NCBI GenBank assembly: GCA_016929435.1
Contig: JAFGIV010000007.1
Location: 1 to 52,061 of the forward strand
Direction of reading: 5' to 3'
Origin: Candidatus Uhrbacteria bacterium
GTDB taxonomy: Bacteria > Patescibacteriota > Patescibacteriia > SG8-24
DNA length: 52,061 bases
A program made the translations under genes and the position numbers. This document shows positions 16,033 through 24,596 of this stretch, piece after piece (the first letter of the stretch is position 1; each line of letters starts with the position of its first letter). Below the pieces are notes generated by a model. That model saw nothing but the letters and a program-made list of their open reading frames with translations, was not told the origin of the DNA and made no database searches.

Positions 16033-17601
16033 TCACAAAGAGCAAGACGATACTGTGGAACTGGTGTCATGGTAGCCGCAGCTCCCCGCACCTAACCCAA
16101 CAGGTAAGTCCGAAAAGCTGCCTGACACGGAAGCGGCTCCCCTTACGCCGGAATTCTGCCATTGGAAATGCAGGTGATCGCCGCAACCATTCTTGCTCCC
16201 GGAGCTGTTCCCGGTTGCCCCCTCATCGGCCAACCAACACCCTTGCGCAACAGGATTGCATCCGGTCACCCTATAATTGGTATTTTCGAGATGAGCATAG
16301 AAAGTGTAACGTCCGTCGCTATGATAAATCATCACGTAATTTCCCCAGCCGCCGTTACATGAGCACGGGTTGGCATAAATTGAACATCCAACGGTATCAA
16401 TCGCATTGCACGACACAGAAGACGATCCGCTAGATATGGTACCGCTGGCCGAAGCCACGATTTCATCGTATCCGGAGCGATACACCTGAAAATCAACGGC
16501 ATACTGCATTGAACCGCCAAGGGAATGAGAAGATACCTGACAACCGCCTCCATAAGCCGCACCCACCTGGGTTATTGAGGTGTCTTCATAGGCATGCATC
16601 GGCATCTTGTAGGATACGGCGCTCCTAGAGCTGACCTCAACAGGGGTAGTTATCCCATTGCTGACGAACAATCTCATTTTATCAGAATCGAAATTGACGA
16701 ACCCCACGCCGTTGCGACTCATGTGACGAATCTGATCGGCCCTGAAGTGGCTGATACCCGAGTGTTCTGCTGACTTACCGTACATACCCACAACACCGCC
16801 AAGCAGTCCCTTAGGAAATCGAATGAATGTGCCGTTTTTTAGCCTAACGGAGAATTCCTTTTTTCCTTCGGTCAGGAAAAAATTACTGGACAGGAAGAAT
16901 GTGGCCGGGAGAGACAACCCCGATGGGGAAATCGGTACATGCCTAAAGCTGCATGTACCATCCCCCATGTCTGCGGCATCCAACACACAAGCCTCCACCC
17001 CAAGTCCGTCATCGCTCCATATGAAGTTATCCGGTACAAGACCATCGACAGAAAAAATGATCTCCGACGCTTTTTCCCTAACATTGTATAAAGTCAGTCC
17101 AGATCCCCCTAAACCAGTAAAGCCAAAAACGATGACTTCGGGATCAACAGGGCTCCATACAGCATTGATGATCACGCAACCTGGCTGATATACGGTCACC
17201 AATTCGCCTCTCACATTTTCAATCACCAACAAACCAGACGGCGATAACTCGTCAATGTTTTTCCCTAAGGAGTCCTCCAGCGTGATGCTGGCGTTTCCGC
17301 CGCCATAATTTAAGGCAAGAGGCGTATAGGCAATCAATGTCCTATCGGAGTTTGTTCCCGAAAAAGACAGCACCGGCATTTTCGTCTCAATTTCGTTGAC
17401 AATGGCACTGCCTCTATCGTCAAACGATATTTGGTATGCCAAACGGTCAAAACCAATTGGGATAGAATTCTCAACAATTGCGAAAGTACCCCGATCCGTC
17501 TCATGATTCGAGAGGTCTTCTTCGCACCCAATGTAGAAAGTCGAACACAGTACCAAAACAACCACGGCCGATACGGCCCCTCTTTCCGCTGTCTTTCCCA
17601 T
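16033..17601 (-). CDS. Putative lipoprotein with beta-propeller-like N-terminus and C-terminal M23 metallopeptidase domain
   Basis: Signal plus FYIG-C; SH..YAVDF (H/D ligands), IVASASG, GWGNYVMIYH, FYAHL, GATGNS, HLHFQ. Confidence 0.8.
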   Translation of the reverse strand: MGKTAERGAVSAVVVLVLCSTFYIGCEEDLSNHETDRGTFAIVENSIPIGFDRLAYQISFDDRGSAIVNEIETKMPVLSFSGTNSDRTLIAYTPLALNYGGGNASITLEDSLGKNIDELSPSGLLVIENVRGELVTVYQPGCVIINAVWSPVDPEVIVFGFTGLGGSGLTLYNVREKASEIIFSVDGLVPDNFIWSDDGLGVEACVLDAADMGDGTCSFRHVPISPSGLSLPATFFLSSNFFLTEGKKEFSVRLKNGTFIRFPKGLLGGVVGMYGKSAEHSGISHFRADQIRHMSRNGVGFVNFDSDKMRLFVSNGITTPVEVSSRSAVSYKMPMHAYEDTSITQVGAAYGGGCQVSSHSLGGSMQYAVDFQVYRSGYDEIVASASGTISSGSSSVSCNAIDTVGCSIYANPCSCNGGWGNYVMIYHSDGRYTFYAHLENTNYRVTGCNPVAQGCWLADEGATGNSSGSKNGCGDHLHFQWQNSGVRGAASVSGSFSDLPVGLGAGSCGYHDTSSTVSSCSL

Positions 17602-17728
17602 GACAGTCCCCTTCCGGTTCCCTGGCTATTGTCGGATAATTCCGCACTTGTTTTCAAGGAACCACCGGAACCGTACCATGGGGGGGGTAAAATGCGTCAA
17701 GTTTTTGTCAAAATATGTTATTTTCCCC

Positions 17729-18454
17729 TCAAATCACCGGCTTCCTCCCTACCGTCACCAGGTTTCCGTCCCCCTGCCGGCGGCGTTCGCCGGAACGGCG
17801 GTTCTCCACGACGTCGAAACCGGTTTGGCGGCAGAGGCGGGACAGTTCGCCGAGGGTAAAGGCATGATAGAATCGGTTGGCCCTAACCTGGCCGCTGCGG
17901 GTCCAGGGCATCATGACGTCGGTCCAATCCAAATCGGACCGCCCAATGGCCTTCAGGATGATGTTGCGGGCAACGAAACGGAGGCGGCGGTCAATGCGCC
18001 ACAGGTCCCAGTTGGTCATGAGCAGCCAACCGCCCGGTTTCAGGACCCGACGGATCTCCCCCATCGCCTGAAGGCGATAGCGGACCGAGGGGATGTGATG
18101 GAGGGAGGCAATCGCCAAAACCGCATCGAAAGAACCGTCTTCATACGGCAAAGTCAACATGGAACCGACCCTAAAATTGACCAGTGGGTCGGGGTATTCC
18201 TTCCTGGCTCGGGCAATCAAACCCTCGGAAACGTCCAGACCCTCATAATCAACGGCCAGATCGACAAAAAGCCTCAGGGCCCGACCGCTGCCGCACCCCA
18301 AATCCAGCACCCGATCCCCGTTCCTGATACGCCGAATGAAGGGCTCGATTTCCGGCCACCAGATACGGTCACGGGTAGCGCCAAACTCGGCGGCAATGGT
18401 ATTGTATCCGTCGTGGACCGATTCCAGTATTTTATCGGCTATGGACTCTTTCAT
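17729..18454 (-). CDS. Trm9/ALKBH8-like class I SAM methyltransferase (candidate tRNA cm5U methyltransferase)
   Basis: VHDGYNTIAAEFGATR..WP, VLDLGCGSGR, AIASLHHIPS...R..RVLKPGG, DVMMPW, RFYHAFTLGEL. Confidence 0.75.
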   Translation of the reverse strand: MKESIADKILESVHDGYNTIAAEFGATRDRIWWPEIEPFIRRIRNGDRVLDLGCGSGRALRLFVDLAVDYEGLDVSEGLIARARKEYPDPLVNFRVGSMLTLPYEDGSFDAVLAIASLHHIPSVRYRLQAMGEIRRVLKPGGWLLMTNWDLWRIDRRLRFVARNIILKAIGRSDLDWTDVMMPWTRSGQVRANRFYHAFTLGELSRLCRQTGFDVVENRRSGERRRQGDGNLVTVGRKPVI

Positions 18455-18485
18455 GATTTTGACTTGCCGGTTTCCGCCGTCCCGA

Positions 18486-18625
18486 CCCCCAAACCCCCTC
18501 CCTCCGGGATACTTACGCCTGAAGGGGGCTTATGCGGAAGGAATAATTTATGAAATATCGTCACGGCTTGCCTGCCATAAACAAACCCCTTCCTCATAAG
18601 TCCCCCTGCCAGGGGGATTTGGGGG
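18486..18625. mobile_element. Palindromic MITE/REP-like element (same family as 10792-11014) overlapping the elp3 start
   Basis: CCCCCAAACCCCCT..AAGGGGGCTTATGCGGAAGG / CCTTCCTCATAAGTCCCCCTGCCAGGGGGATTTGGGGG. Confidence 0.65.
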
Positions 18626-20280
18626 GGCGGCCAGGCATTGCCACCCGCATAATTGAAGCATTTATTGACGAAGGCGTCCAAACCCGGGACGGACTTTTTG
18701 CCGTAGCCCGACGGCTGTCCAGGGGACAGTCCCGTTTGCCCAACATCGCCGATTTACGCGCCGCTTACCTGAAAAGAGTTGACGAGAAACCGGACACGGC
18801 AAACCCTATCCTGGACCGGATGCTCCGCCGCCGCGATGTCCGCTCCCTTTCCGGCGTGGCCATCGTGACGGTCCTGACCAAGCCCTGGCCCTGTCCGGGA
18901 CAGTGCGCCTACTGCCCGAACGAGGTCAAGATGCCGAAAAGCTACCTGTCCAACGAGCCGGCGGCCATGCGCGCCCTGTCCCTGAAATTCGACCCGTGGC
19001 TTCAGGTCACCCGCCGGCTGGAGGCCCTGACCATGAACGGCCATCCGAACGACAAGATCGAGCTGATCGTGAAGGGCGGCACCTGGTCCTCCTACCGAAC
19101 CGGATACCAGGACTGGTTCATCAGGCGCTGTTTCGATGCGGCCAACGATTTTGGCCGAAAACGCCGACAGGCCGCCCGAACCCTGAAACAGTCGCAGGGG
19201 GCAAACGAGACCGCCGGACACCGGATAATCGGCCTGACGCTGGAGACCAGGCCGGATTGCGTCACCCCAAAGGAAATCCGACGGCTGCGACACCTGGGAT
19301 GCACCCGGGTGGAAATGGGGGTACAGTCGCTGGATGACGACATCCTGAAATCCTGCCGCCGCGGACACGGCCAATCCGAAACCGCCCGGGCCACCAAACT
19401 GCTGAAAGAATCCGGGTTCAAGGTCGATTACCACCTGATGCCCCAACTCCCCGGCGCTTCCCCGGCCTCTGACCTCGATTCGATGCATCAGGTCTTCTCT
19501 GATCCGAGGTTCAGGCCGGACATGGTCAAGATCTATCCCTGTGTCGTAATCAAAAACACCGCCCTCTACGACTGGTGGGAATCGGGGGAATACCGGCCCT
19601 ATCCGACCGGTCGGCTGGTCGATGTCCTGATCCGGTTCAAGTCCGAAATCCCCCGCTATTGCCGCATCTCCCGCCTGGCACGGGACATCCCCTCCACCTC
19701 AATCATTGCCGGAAACGCCGTCACCAACCTCCGCCAGGTCATAGGGGAGGAAATGAAGCGGCGGAAAATGACCTGCCGCTGTCTCCGTTGCCGGGAAATC
19801 GGCCATGTCTCAAAAGACAATCCCCGCCTGGCCGACCTGAAACCGAAACTGTTCGTCGACCGCTACGAGTCCTCCGGCGGACAGGAGCTGTTCTTGAGCT
19901 TCGAGGACTCCAAGCGCCGGGCCGTCTTCGCCTTCTGCCGCCTGCGCCTGCCGAACAATAATCCTGATCAGGATGTGGGGGAAATCAGGAAACTTCTGCC
20001 GGAAATAAAAAACGCCGCATTTGTCCGTGAACTCCACACTTACGGCAATTTGGTGTCCATCGGAACGAAAAACAGGCAGGCCAGCCAACATAAGGGTTTA
20101 GGGGCGAAACTGATGGCCGAGGCCGAACGGCAGGCCAAGAGGGCCGGATTCCGGAAACTGGCCGTCATCTCCGGCATTGGCGTCCGGGACTACTACCGCA
20201 AGCTCGGATACCGGCTGAATGGGACCTACATGACGAAATCCCTGCAACATCCGGTTCCCGCAAAAAACGAAACGCAGTAA
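18550..20280 (+). CDS. elp3: tRNA uridine(34) acetyltransferase Elp3 (radical SAM + GNAT/KAT)
   Basis: RSLSGVAIV, CPGQCAYCP, PKSYLSNEPAAMRA, KIELIVKGGTW, IGLTLETRPD, KIYPC, RDIP, CRCLRCRE, RELHTYG, QHKGLG, ISGIGVRDYYRKLGY. Confidence 0.95.
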   Translation: MKYRHGLPAINKPLPHKSPCQGDLGGRPGIATRIIEAFIDEGVQTRDGLFAVARRLSRGQSRLPNIADLRAAYLKRVDEKPDTANPILDRMLRRRDVRSLSGVAIVTVLTKPWPCPGQCAYCPNEVKMPKSYLSNEPAAMRALSLKFDPWLQVTRRLEALTMNGHPNDKIELIVKGGTWSSYRTGYQDWFIRRCFDAANDFGRKRRQAARTLKQSQGANETAGHRIIGLTLETRPDCVTPKEIRRLRHLGCTRVEMGVQSLDDDILKSCRRGHGQSETARATKLLKESGFKVDYHLMPQLPGASPASDLDSMHQVFSDPRFRPDMVKIYPCVVIKNTALYDWWESGEYRPYPTGRLVDVLIRFKSEIPRYCRISRLARDIPSTSIIAGNAVTNLRQVIGEEMKRRKMTCRCLRCREIGHVSKDNPRLADLKPKLFVDRYESSGGQELFLSFEDSKRRAVFAFCRLRLPNNNPDQDVGEIRKLLPEIKNAAFVRELHTYGNLVSIGTKNRQASQHKGLGAKLMAEAERQAKRAGFRKLAVISGIGVRDYYRKLGYRLNGTYMTKSLQHPVPAKNETQ

Positions 20281-20352
20281 CGGGACAGGCGCTCGGGTAT
20301 GGTGTAGAATTACGGCAGAACCTTTAGCCGCCAACCGGGGCAGGAGGAAAAC

Positions 20353-20982
20353 GTGCCGGAAAACCCCAACGGAAAAACCGGACCGAGACGGTCGGTCCTG
20401 ATCGCCAACGGCTTCTTCCCGATTCCCCCGTTCGGATTGCCGAGCGGGAAATGCCTTGAGGCCTACCGCCGGTCGGGATTCAACACGCATAAGATGGCCT
20501 GGAGTTTCTCCGGCATGACGGATGTTACGGCCTATGCCCAGAGGATATCCGACCGGGCAAAAGAGATATGCCGCCGGACGAACCGACCGGAAGAGAGGAT
20601 CGTTCTTGTCGGATGGAGCCTGGGCGGCATCGCCGCCTTCTATGCCCTCAAACGACTGGGGCTGAACCGTTTCGCAAACCGTTTCGTTTCCTTCGGTGCG
20701 CCGTTCGGGGGCAGCGACCTGGCCTATACCGGCCTGCCGACGGTCATCTACTCGCTGGTGGGAAGTCAGATTCGCCCGAACGGTCCATTCCTGACCGACC
20801 TTATTTCCGGCGGCCTGCCGAACGGGGTGCGTTGCCTTTCGATCGGCGGCCGAAACGACGCGATCTGTCCGGCGGACTCGGCCCAGCTGCCGGGGGCGGA
20901 AAACATCACGGCGGATTTCAGCCACTCCAGCTTCCTTTTCAACCGTCGGCTCCATGCCCTGATCGCCGAAAACCTGCCGTAG
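20353..20982 (+). CDS. Alpha/beta hydrolase (lipase/esterase-like)
   Basis: GWSLGG nucleophile elbow, GAPFGGS, ND..CP, FSH; AGGAGG RBS before GTG. Confidence 0.85.
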   Translation: MPENPNGKTGPRRSVLIANGFFPIPPFGLPSGKCLEAYRRSGFNTHKMAWSFSGMTDVTAYAQRISDRAKEICRRTNRPEERIVLVGWSLGGIAAFYALKRLGLNRFANRFVSFGAPFGGSDLAYTGLPTVIYSLVGSQIRPNGPFLTDLISGGLPNGVRCLSIGGRNDAICPADSAQLPGAENITADFSHSSFLFNRRLHALIAENLP

Positions 20983-21033
20983 CGAGGGCCCCTTCTTGGC
21001 CGCACCATCATCCGTGCGGCCTTTTCTTGACCC

Positions 21034-21065
21034 AAAAAACCGGTCGCCGAGAAAGGCGACCGGTT
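21034..21065 (-). terminator. Terminator between convergent hydrolase and nadE
   Basis: AACCGGTCGCC-N6-GGCGACCGGTT with a T-run on the minus strand. Confidence 0.75.
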
Positions 21066-21081
21066 CTATAAAAATCCCTAC

Positions 21082-21942
21082 TTAGGTCAACTTGACCAAT
21101 AAACGACCGTAATTGATCCTGGATGGGGCGTGACGCTTACCCATCACCCTACCCGCCCGACGCAAAACGTCGTCGTAATCTTTCGGGTCAACGCCGTATC
21201 GGCCGACAATATCCGATTTGTTCAGTCCTAACTCGAAACAACACAGGATCATGTCGATGACGGCATAAGAAACCCCGATCTCCCCCTCATCGGTCTGACC
21301 TGACCAAAGTTCAGCGGAAGGGGCCCGATCCAAAACGCTGTCCGGCAACCCCAGATGTGCGGCAATCTGGAAGACCTCCGTTTTCCAAAGGCTCTGAATC
21401 GGTTCGACGTTGGATATGTTATCCCCGCCGATGGTGAAGTAGGCCATGACCTGTTCGGTCCGGTTTTCCGTACCGACCGCCAGGGCCCCAAGGCTCGTTC
21501 CGGCATCCATCAGGACGGACATCCTGATCCGGGCCGCCAGGTTACCGATCCGCAGGCCCTTCTCCCTGTCGTCCCTTACCGGAAAAGCCGGCTCCATTCC
21601 CGTCCAGGCCTTCTCCACCGCCCGGGTGACATCTACGGTCTTCAGGTTGGAATCCGGCAAGCCGACGGAATCAGCGACTTCAGACGCAACCCCCATACTC
21701 TCGGCATTGAGGTCACGGAAAGGCATCCGAATGGCAACGACTTTTTCCGGTCCAAGGGCCCTGACCGCCAAGGCCAGGGAAACGGCCGAATCCAAGCCGC
21801 CGGATAGGGCCACAACCGCAGTTCCGTAACCGGACTGGCGGAAGAACTCCTCCAGACTCCCGGCTAGGGTGTCGGCCATCTGACCCAATTCGTCCGGGTC
21901 GTGCCGCAAAAACTCCGGTAATTTTCCAATTTCAATGTACAT
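21082..21942 (-). CDS. nadE: NH3-dependent NAD+ synthetase
   Basis: ALSGGLDSAV, GNLAARIRM, GTENRTE, YFTIGGD, LWKTEV, PSAELWSGQTDEGEIG. Confidence 0.93.
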   Translation of the reverse strand: MYIEIGKLPEFLRHDPDELGQMADTLAGSLEEFFRQSGYGTAVVALSGGLDSAVSLALAVRALGPEKVVAIRMPFRDLNAESMGVASEVADSVGLPDSNLKTVDVTRAVEKAWTGMEPAFPVRDDREKGLRIGNLAARIRMSVLMDAGTSLGALAVGTENRTEQVMAYFTIGGDNISNVEPIQSLWKTEVFQIAAHLGLPDSVLDRAPSAELWSGQTDEGEIGVSYAVIDMILCCFELGLNKSDIVGRYGVDPKDYDDVLRRAGRVMGKRHAPSRINYGRLLVKLT

Positions 21943-22125
21943 GTCTCACCTTCCCTTTCTTTTGCTGGAAATTAACCATGTTTTGCCCCTTCCGTCAATT
22001 TCCGACGGATCCAAACCTAAATTTTGCGGATAAGCTGGGTATCTTCTGAAGACAGGACCGGATTGCCGTAAAGGCGGGTTTCGGCTAACATTAACTGGCC
22101 GACGAATCCCGTCGCGAATTTCCCT

Positions 22126-23547
22126 ATGGATCAGCCGAAAATACCGCCAAACAGCGTTGAGACCGAACAGTGCCTGCTCGGATCCATTCTCATAGAGAAG
22201 GATTCGATCCTTAGGGTAGCCGACCTGATCCATGCCGACGACTTCTACCGCCAGGCCAACGGGGACATCTTCCAGGCCATGCTCGACCTTTTTGCCAAGC
22301 GCGAACCGATTGACATCACCACGCTCTCCAACCGCCTGCTGGAAAAAGAACAACTGGAGGCGGTCGGCGGACGGTCCTACCTGATCTCCCTGACAAGCCT
22401 CGTGCCGACTGCGGCGCACATCGTAAGCTACGCCACCACGGTCCAAAAAAAGGCCACCCTCCGCCGGCTGCTTTCCGCTGCCTCGGAAATCACTGCCCTG
22501 GGGTATGAGGAGGCCGATGAGGTCACGGAAATCCTGGATCGGGCCGAACAGAAACTTTTCGGAGTTTCCCAGAAATACCTGACCAAGAACTTCACCCCCA
22601 TCAAGGATGCCCTTGACGATGCCTTTGACCGTATCGACCGCCTGCATCAGGAGAGGGGCAAGCTGCGGGGAATCCCCACCGGCTATCCGGACCTGGACGA
22701 CCGGCTTGGGGGACTGCAGCGCTCGGACCTGGTCATCCTGGCCGCCCGTCCGTCGGTCGGAAAGACCTCCCTGGCCCTGGATATCGCCCGACAGAGTGCG
22801 GTCAAGCACAAGATCACGGTCGGGATATTTTCCCTGGAAATGAGCAAGGATCAGCTGGTGGACCGCATGATATGTGCCGAGGCAGGCGTTGACCTGTGGC
22901 GGATGCGGACCGGTCGGCTTTCGGACAAGGGCGATAACGGGGACTTTGCCCGAATCGGCCATGCCTTGGGCCAGCTCTCGGAGGCCCCCATCTTCATAGA
23001 CGACACGGCCAACATGAACATAACCGAGATCCGCACCAAGGCCAGGCGCCTGCAGATGGACCATGGCCTGGGTCTCCTGATCATCGACTATCTCCAGCTG
23101 ATGGAATCCCGTCAGGGAAACCGCCGCTCGGATAACCGCGTCCAGGAAGTGGCGGAAATCACCAGGGCCCTGAAGGGCCTGGCCCGCGAGCTGAACATAC
23201 CGGTCATGGCCCTGTCCCAGCTTTCCCGAACTACGGAAAACGAGAAACCGGCCATCCCGAAACTATCCCACCTGAGGGAATCCGGTTCGATCGAGCAGGA
23301 TGCCGATGTGGTAATGTTCATCTACCGGAAGGCCGCTGACCGAAACTACCGGTTGGACGACATTTCCATGGAGGAAAGGCACCGGGCGGAGATCCACATC
23401 GCCAAGCACCGCAACGGCCCGACCGGACAGGTCAACATGTTCTTCGACGAGCAGCGGGCCTGTTTCCGAAGCCTGGACAAGGGCAGCGGCCGGTCCGCAG
23501 CCGCCCAAGAACCGGCCATGGCCATGACGGCCCAAAAAACGCCATAA
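22126..23547 (+). CDS. dnaB: Replicative DNA helicase
   Basis: PPNSVETEQ, LAARPSVGKT, FSLEMS, IIDYLQLM, LSQLSR, LRESGSIEQDAD, KHRNGPTG. Confidence 0.98.
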   Translation: MDQPKIPPNSVETEQCLLGSILIEKDSILRVADLIHADDFYRQANGDIFQAMLDLFAKREPIDITTLSNRLLEKEQLEAVGGRSYLISLTSLVPTAAHIVSYATTVQKKATLRRLLSAASEITALGYEEADEVTEILDRAEQKLFGVSQKYLTKNFTPIKDALDDAFDRIDRLHQERGKLRGIPTGYPDLDDRLGGLQRSDLVILAARPSVGKTSLALDIARQSAVKHKITVGIFSLEMSKDQLVDRMICAEAGVDLWRMRTGRLSDKGDNGDFARIGHALGQLSEAPIFIDDTANMNITEIRTKARRLQMDHGLGLLIIDYLQLMESRQGNRRSDNRVQEVAEITRALKGLARELNIPVMALSQLSRTTENEKPAIPKLSHLRESGSIEQDADVVMFIYRKAADRNYRLDDISMEERHRAEIHIAKHRNGPTGQVNMFFDEQRACFRSLDKGSGRSAAAQEPAMAMTAQKTP

Positions 23548-23569
23548 ACCACGATTAAGGACAAGAAAT

Positions 23570-23872
23570 ATGTTCAATAAGCTCAAACAGTATAAAGACC
23601 TCCGGGACAAGGCAAAAAGCCTGCAGTCGGTCCTGGCCGCCGAGACATTCGAGGGAACCGGCGCCTGGGGAAAGGTAAAAATCACCGTTGACGGAAACCA
23701 AAAAGTCCAGAAGGTGGAAATCGACCCCGGTCTCCTCTCCCCTTCGGAAAAAACCAGGTTGGAGGACGGGGTAAAGGATGCCCTGGCTGATGCCACCAAA
23801 AAGGCCCAGAAGACGATCGTCGAAAAGATGCGGGAGAGCGGCGACTTCAAGATTCCCGGCCTGACGGACTGA
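23570..23872 (+). CDS. ybaB: YbaB/EbfC nucleoid-associated protein
   Basis: FEGTGAWGKVKITVDGNQKV..VEIDP; directly upstream of recR. Confidence 0.9.
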   Translation: MFNKLKQYKDLRDKAKSLQSVLAAETFEGTGAWGKVKITVDGNQKVQKVEIDPGLLSPSEKTRLEDGVKDALADATKKAQKTIVEKMRESGDFKIPGLTD

Positions 23873-23927
23873 TGAATCGGAAGGCTGGGGGAGGCCGCCG
23901 TTCGGCTGGCCTTTCGCCGACTTACAT

Positions 23928-24551
23928 ATGCCGAAATTTCCCGAACCAATAGAGCGGCTGATGGCCGAATTGGGGCGATTGCCCGGCGTGGGCCCGAAAA
24001 CGGCCGAACGCTACGCCTTTACGCTTCTCAAGCGGACGCCGAACGAACGGGACCGCCTGGCCAAGGCGATCGTCGAGGCCGGCAACACCCTGCTTACCTG
24101 CTCCACCTGCCGCAACTGGACCGTTTCCGATCCCTGCCCCATCTGTTCCGATCCGCACCGAAACCGCCAGACCGTCTGCGTGGTGGCATCCGAGCCCGAC
24201 CTGTTGGCGATCGAGCACACCGGAGAATATCACGGCCTTTACCACATTCTAGGCGGAACCCTTTCCGCAGCCGACGGCGTTTCCCCGAACGACCTGACCG
24301 TCAATGACCTTCTGGCCAGGATCAGGAAGGACCCGCCACGGGAAATCATCCTGGCCATTGACCACACGGTGGAGGGGGAAACCACCATCCTCTACCTGGC
24401 TAGGCTGCTCTTGCCGACCGGTATCCGCATCACCCGCCTGGCCCGCGGGCTGCCGATCGGCAGCGAGATCGGATATGCCGACGAGATCACCCTGACCGAT
24501 GCCCTACGGGGACGAAGGGAGACGCCCACGCCGAACACCGCGGAAAAATAG
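23928..24551 (+). CDS. recR: Recombination mediator RecR
   Basis: LPGVGPKTAER, CSTC..CPIC, YHILGG, EGETT, ITRLARGLPIG. Confidence 0.97.
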   Translation: MPKFPEPIERLMAELGRLPGVGPKTAERYAFTLLKRTPNERDRLAKAIVEAGNTLLTCSTCRNWTVSDPCPICSDPHRNRQTVCVVASEPDLLAIEHTGEYHGLYHILGGTLSAADGVSPNDLTVNDLLARIRKDPPREIILAIDHTVEGETTILYLARLLLPTGIRITRLARGLPIGSEIGYADEITLTDALRGRRETPTPNTAEK

Positions 24552-24553
24552 GG

Positions 24554-24583
24554 ACAGGACGGGCCGATAGGCCCGTTTCTGTT
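24554..24583 (+). terminator. Terminator after recR
   Basis: ACGGGCC-GATA-GGCCCGT followed by TTCTGTT. Confidence 0.55.
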
Positions 24584-24596
24584 GCCGCCCGATCAA

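Noticed and set aside
22025-22033. oriC near dnaB (TGCGGATAA)
   Set aside because: A single mismatched DnaA box with no cluster or unwinding element.
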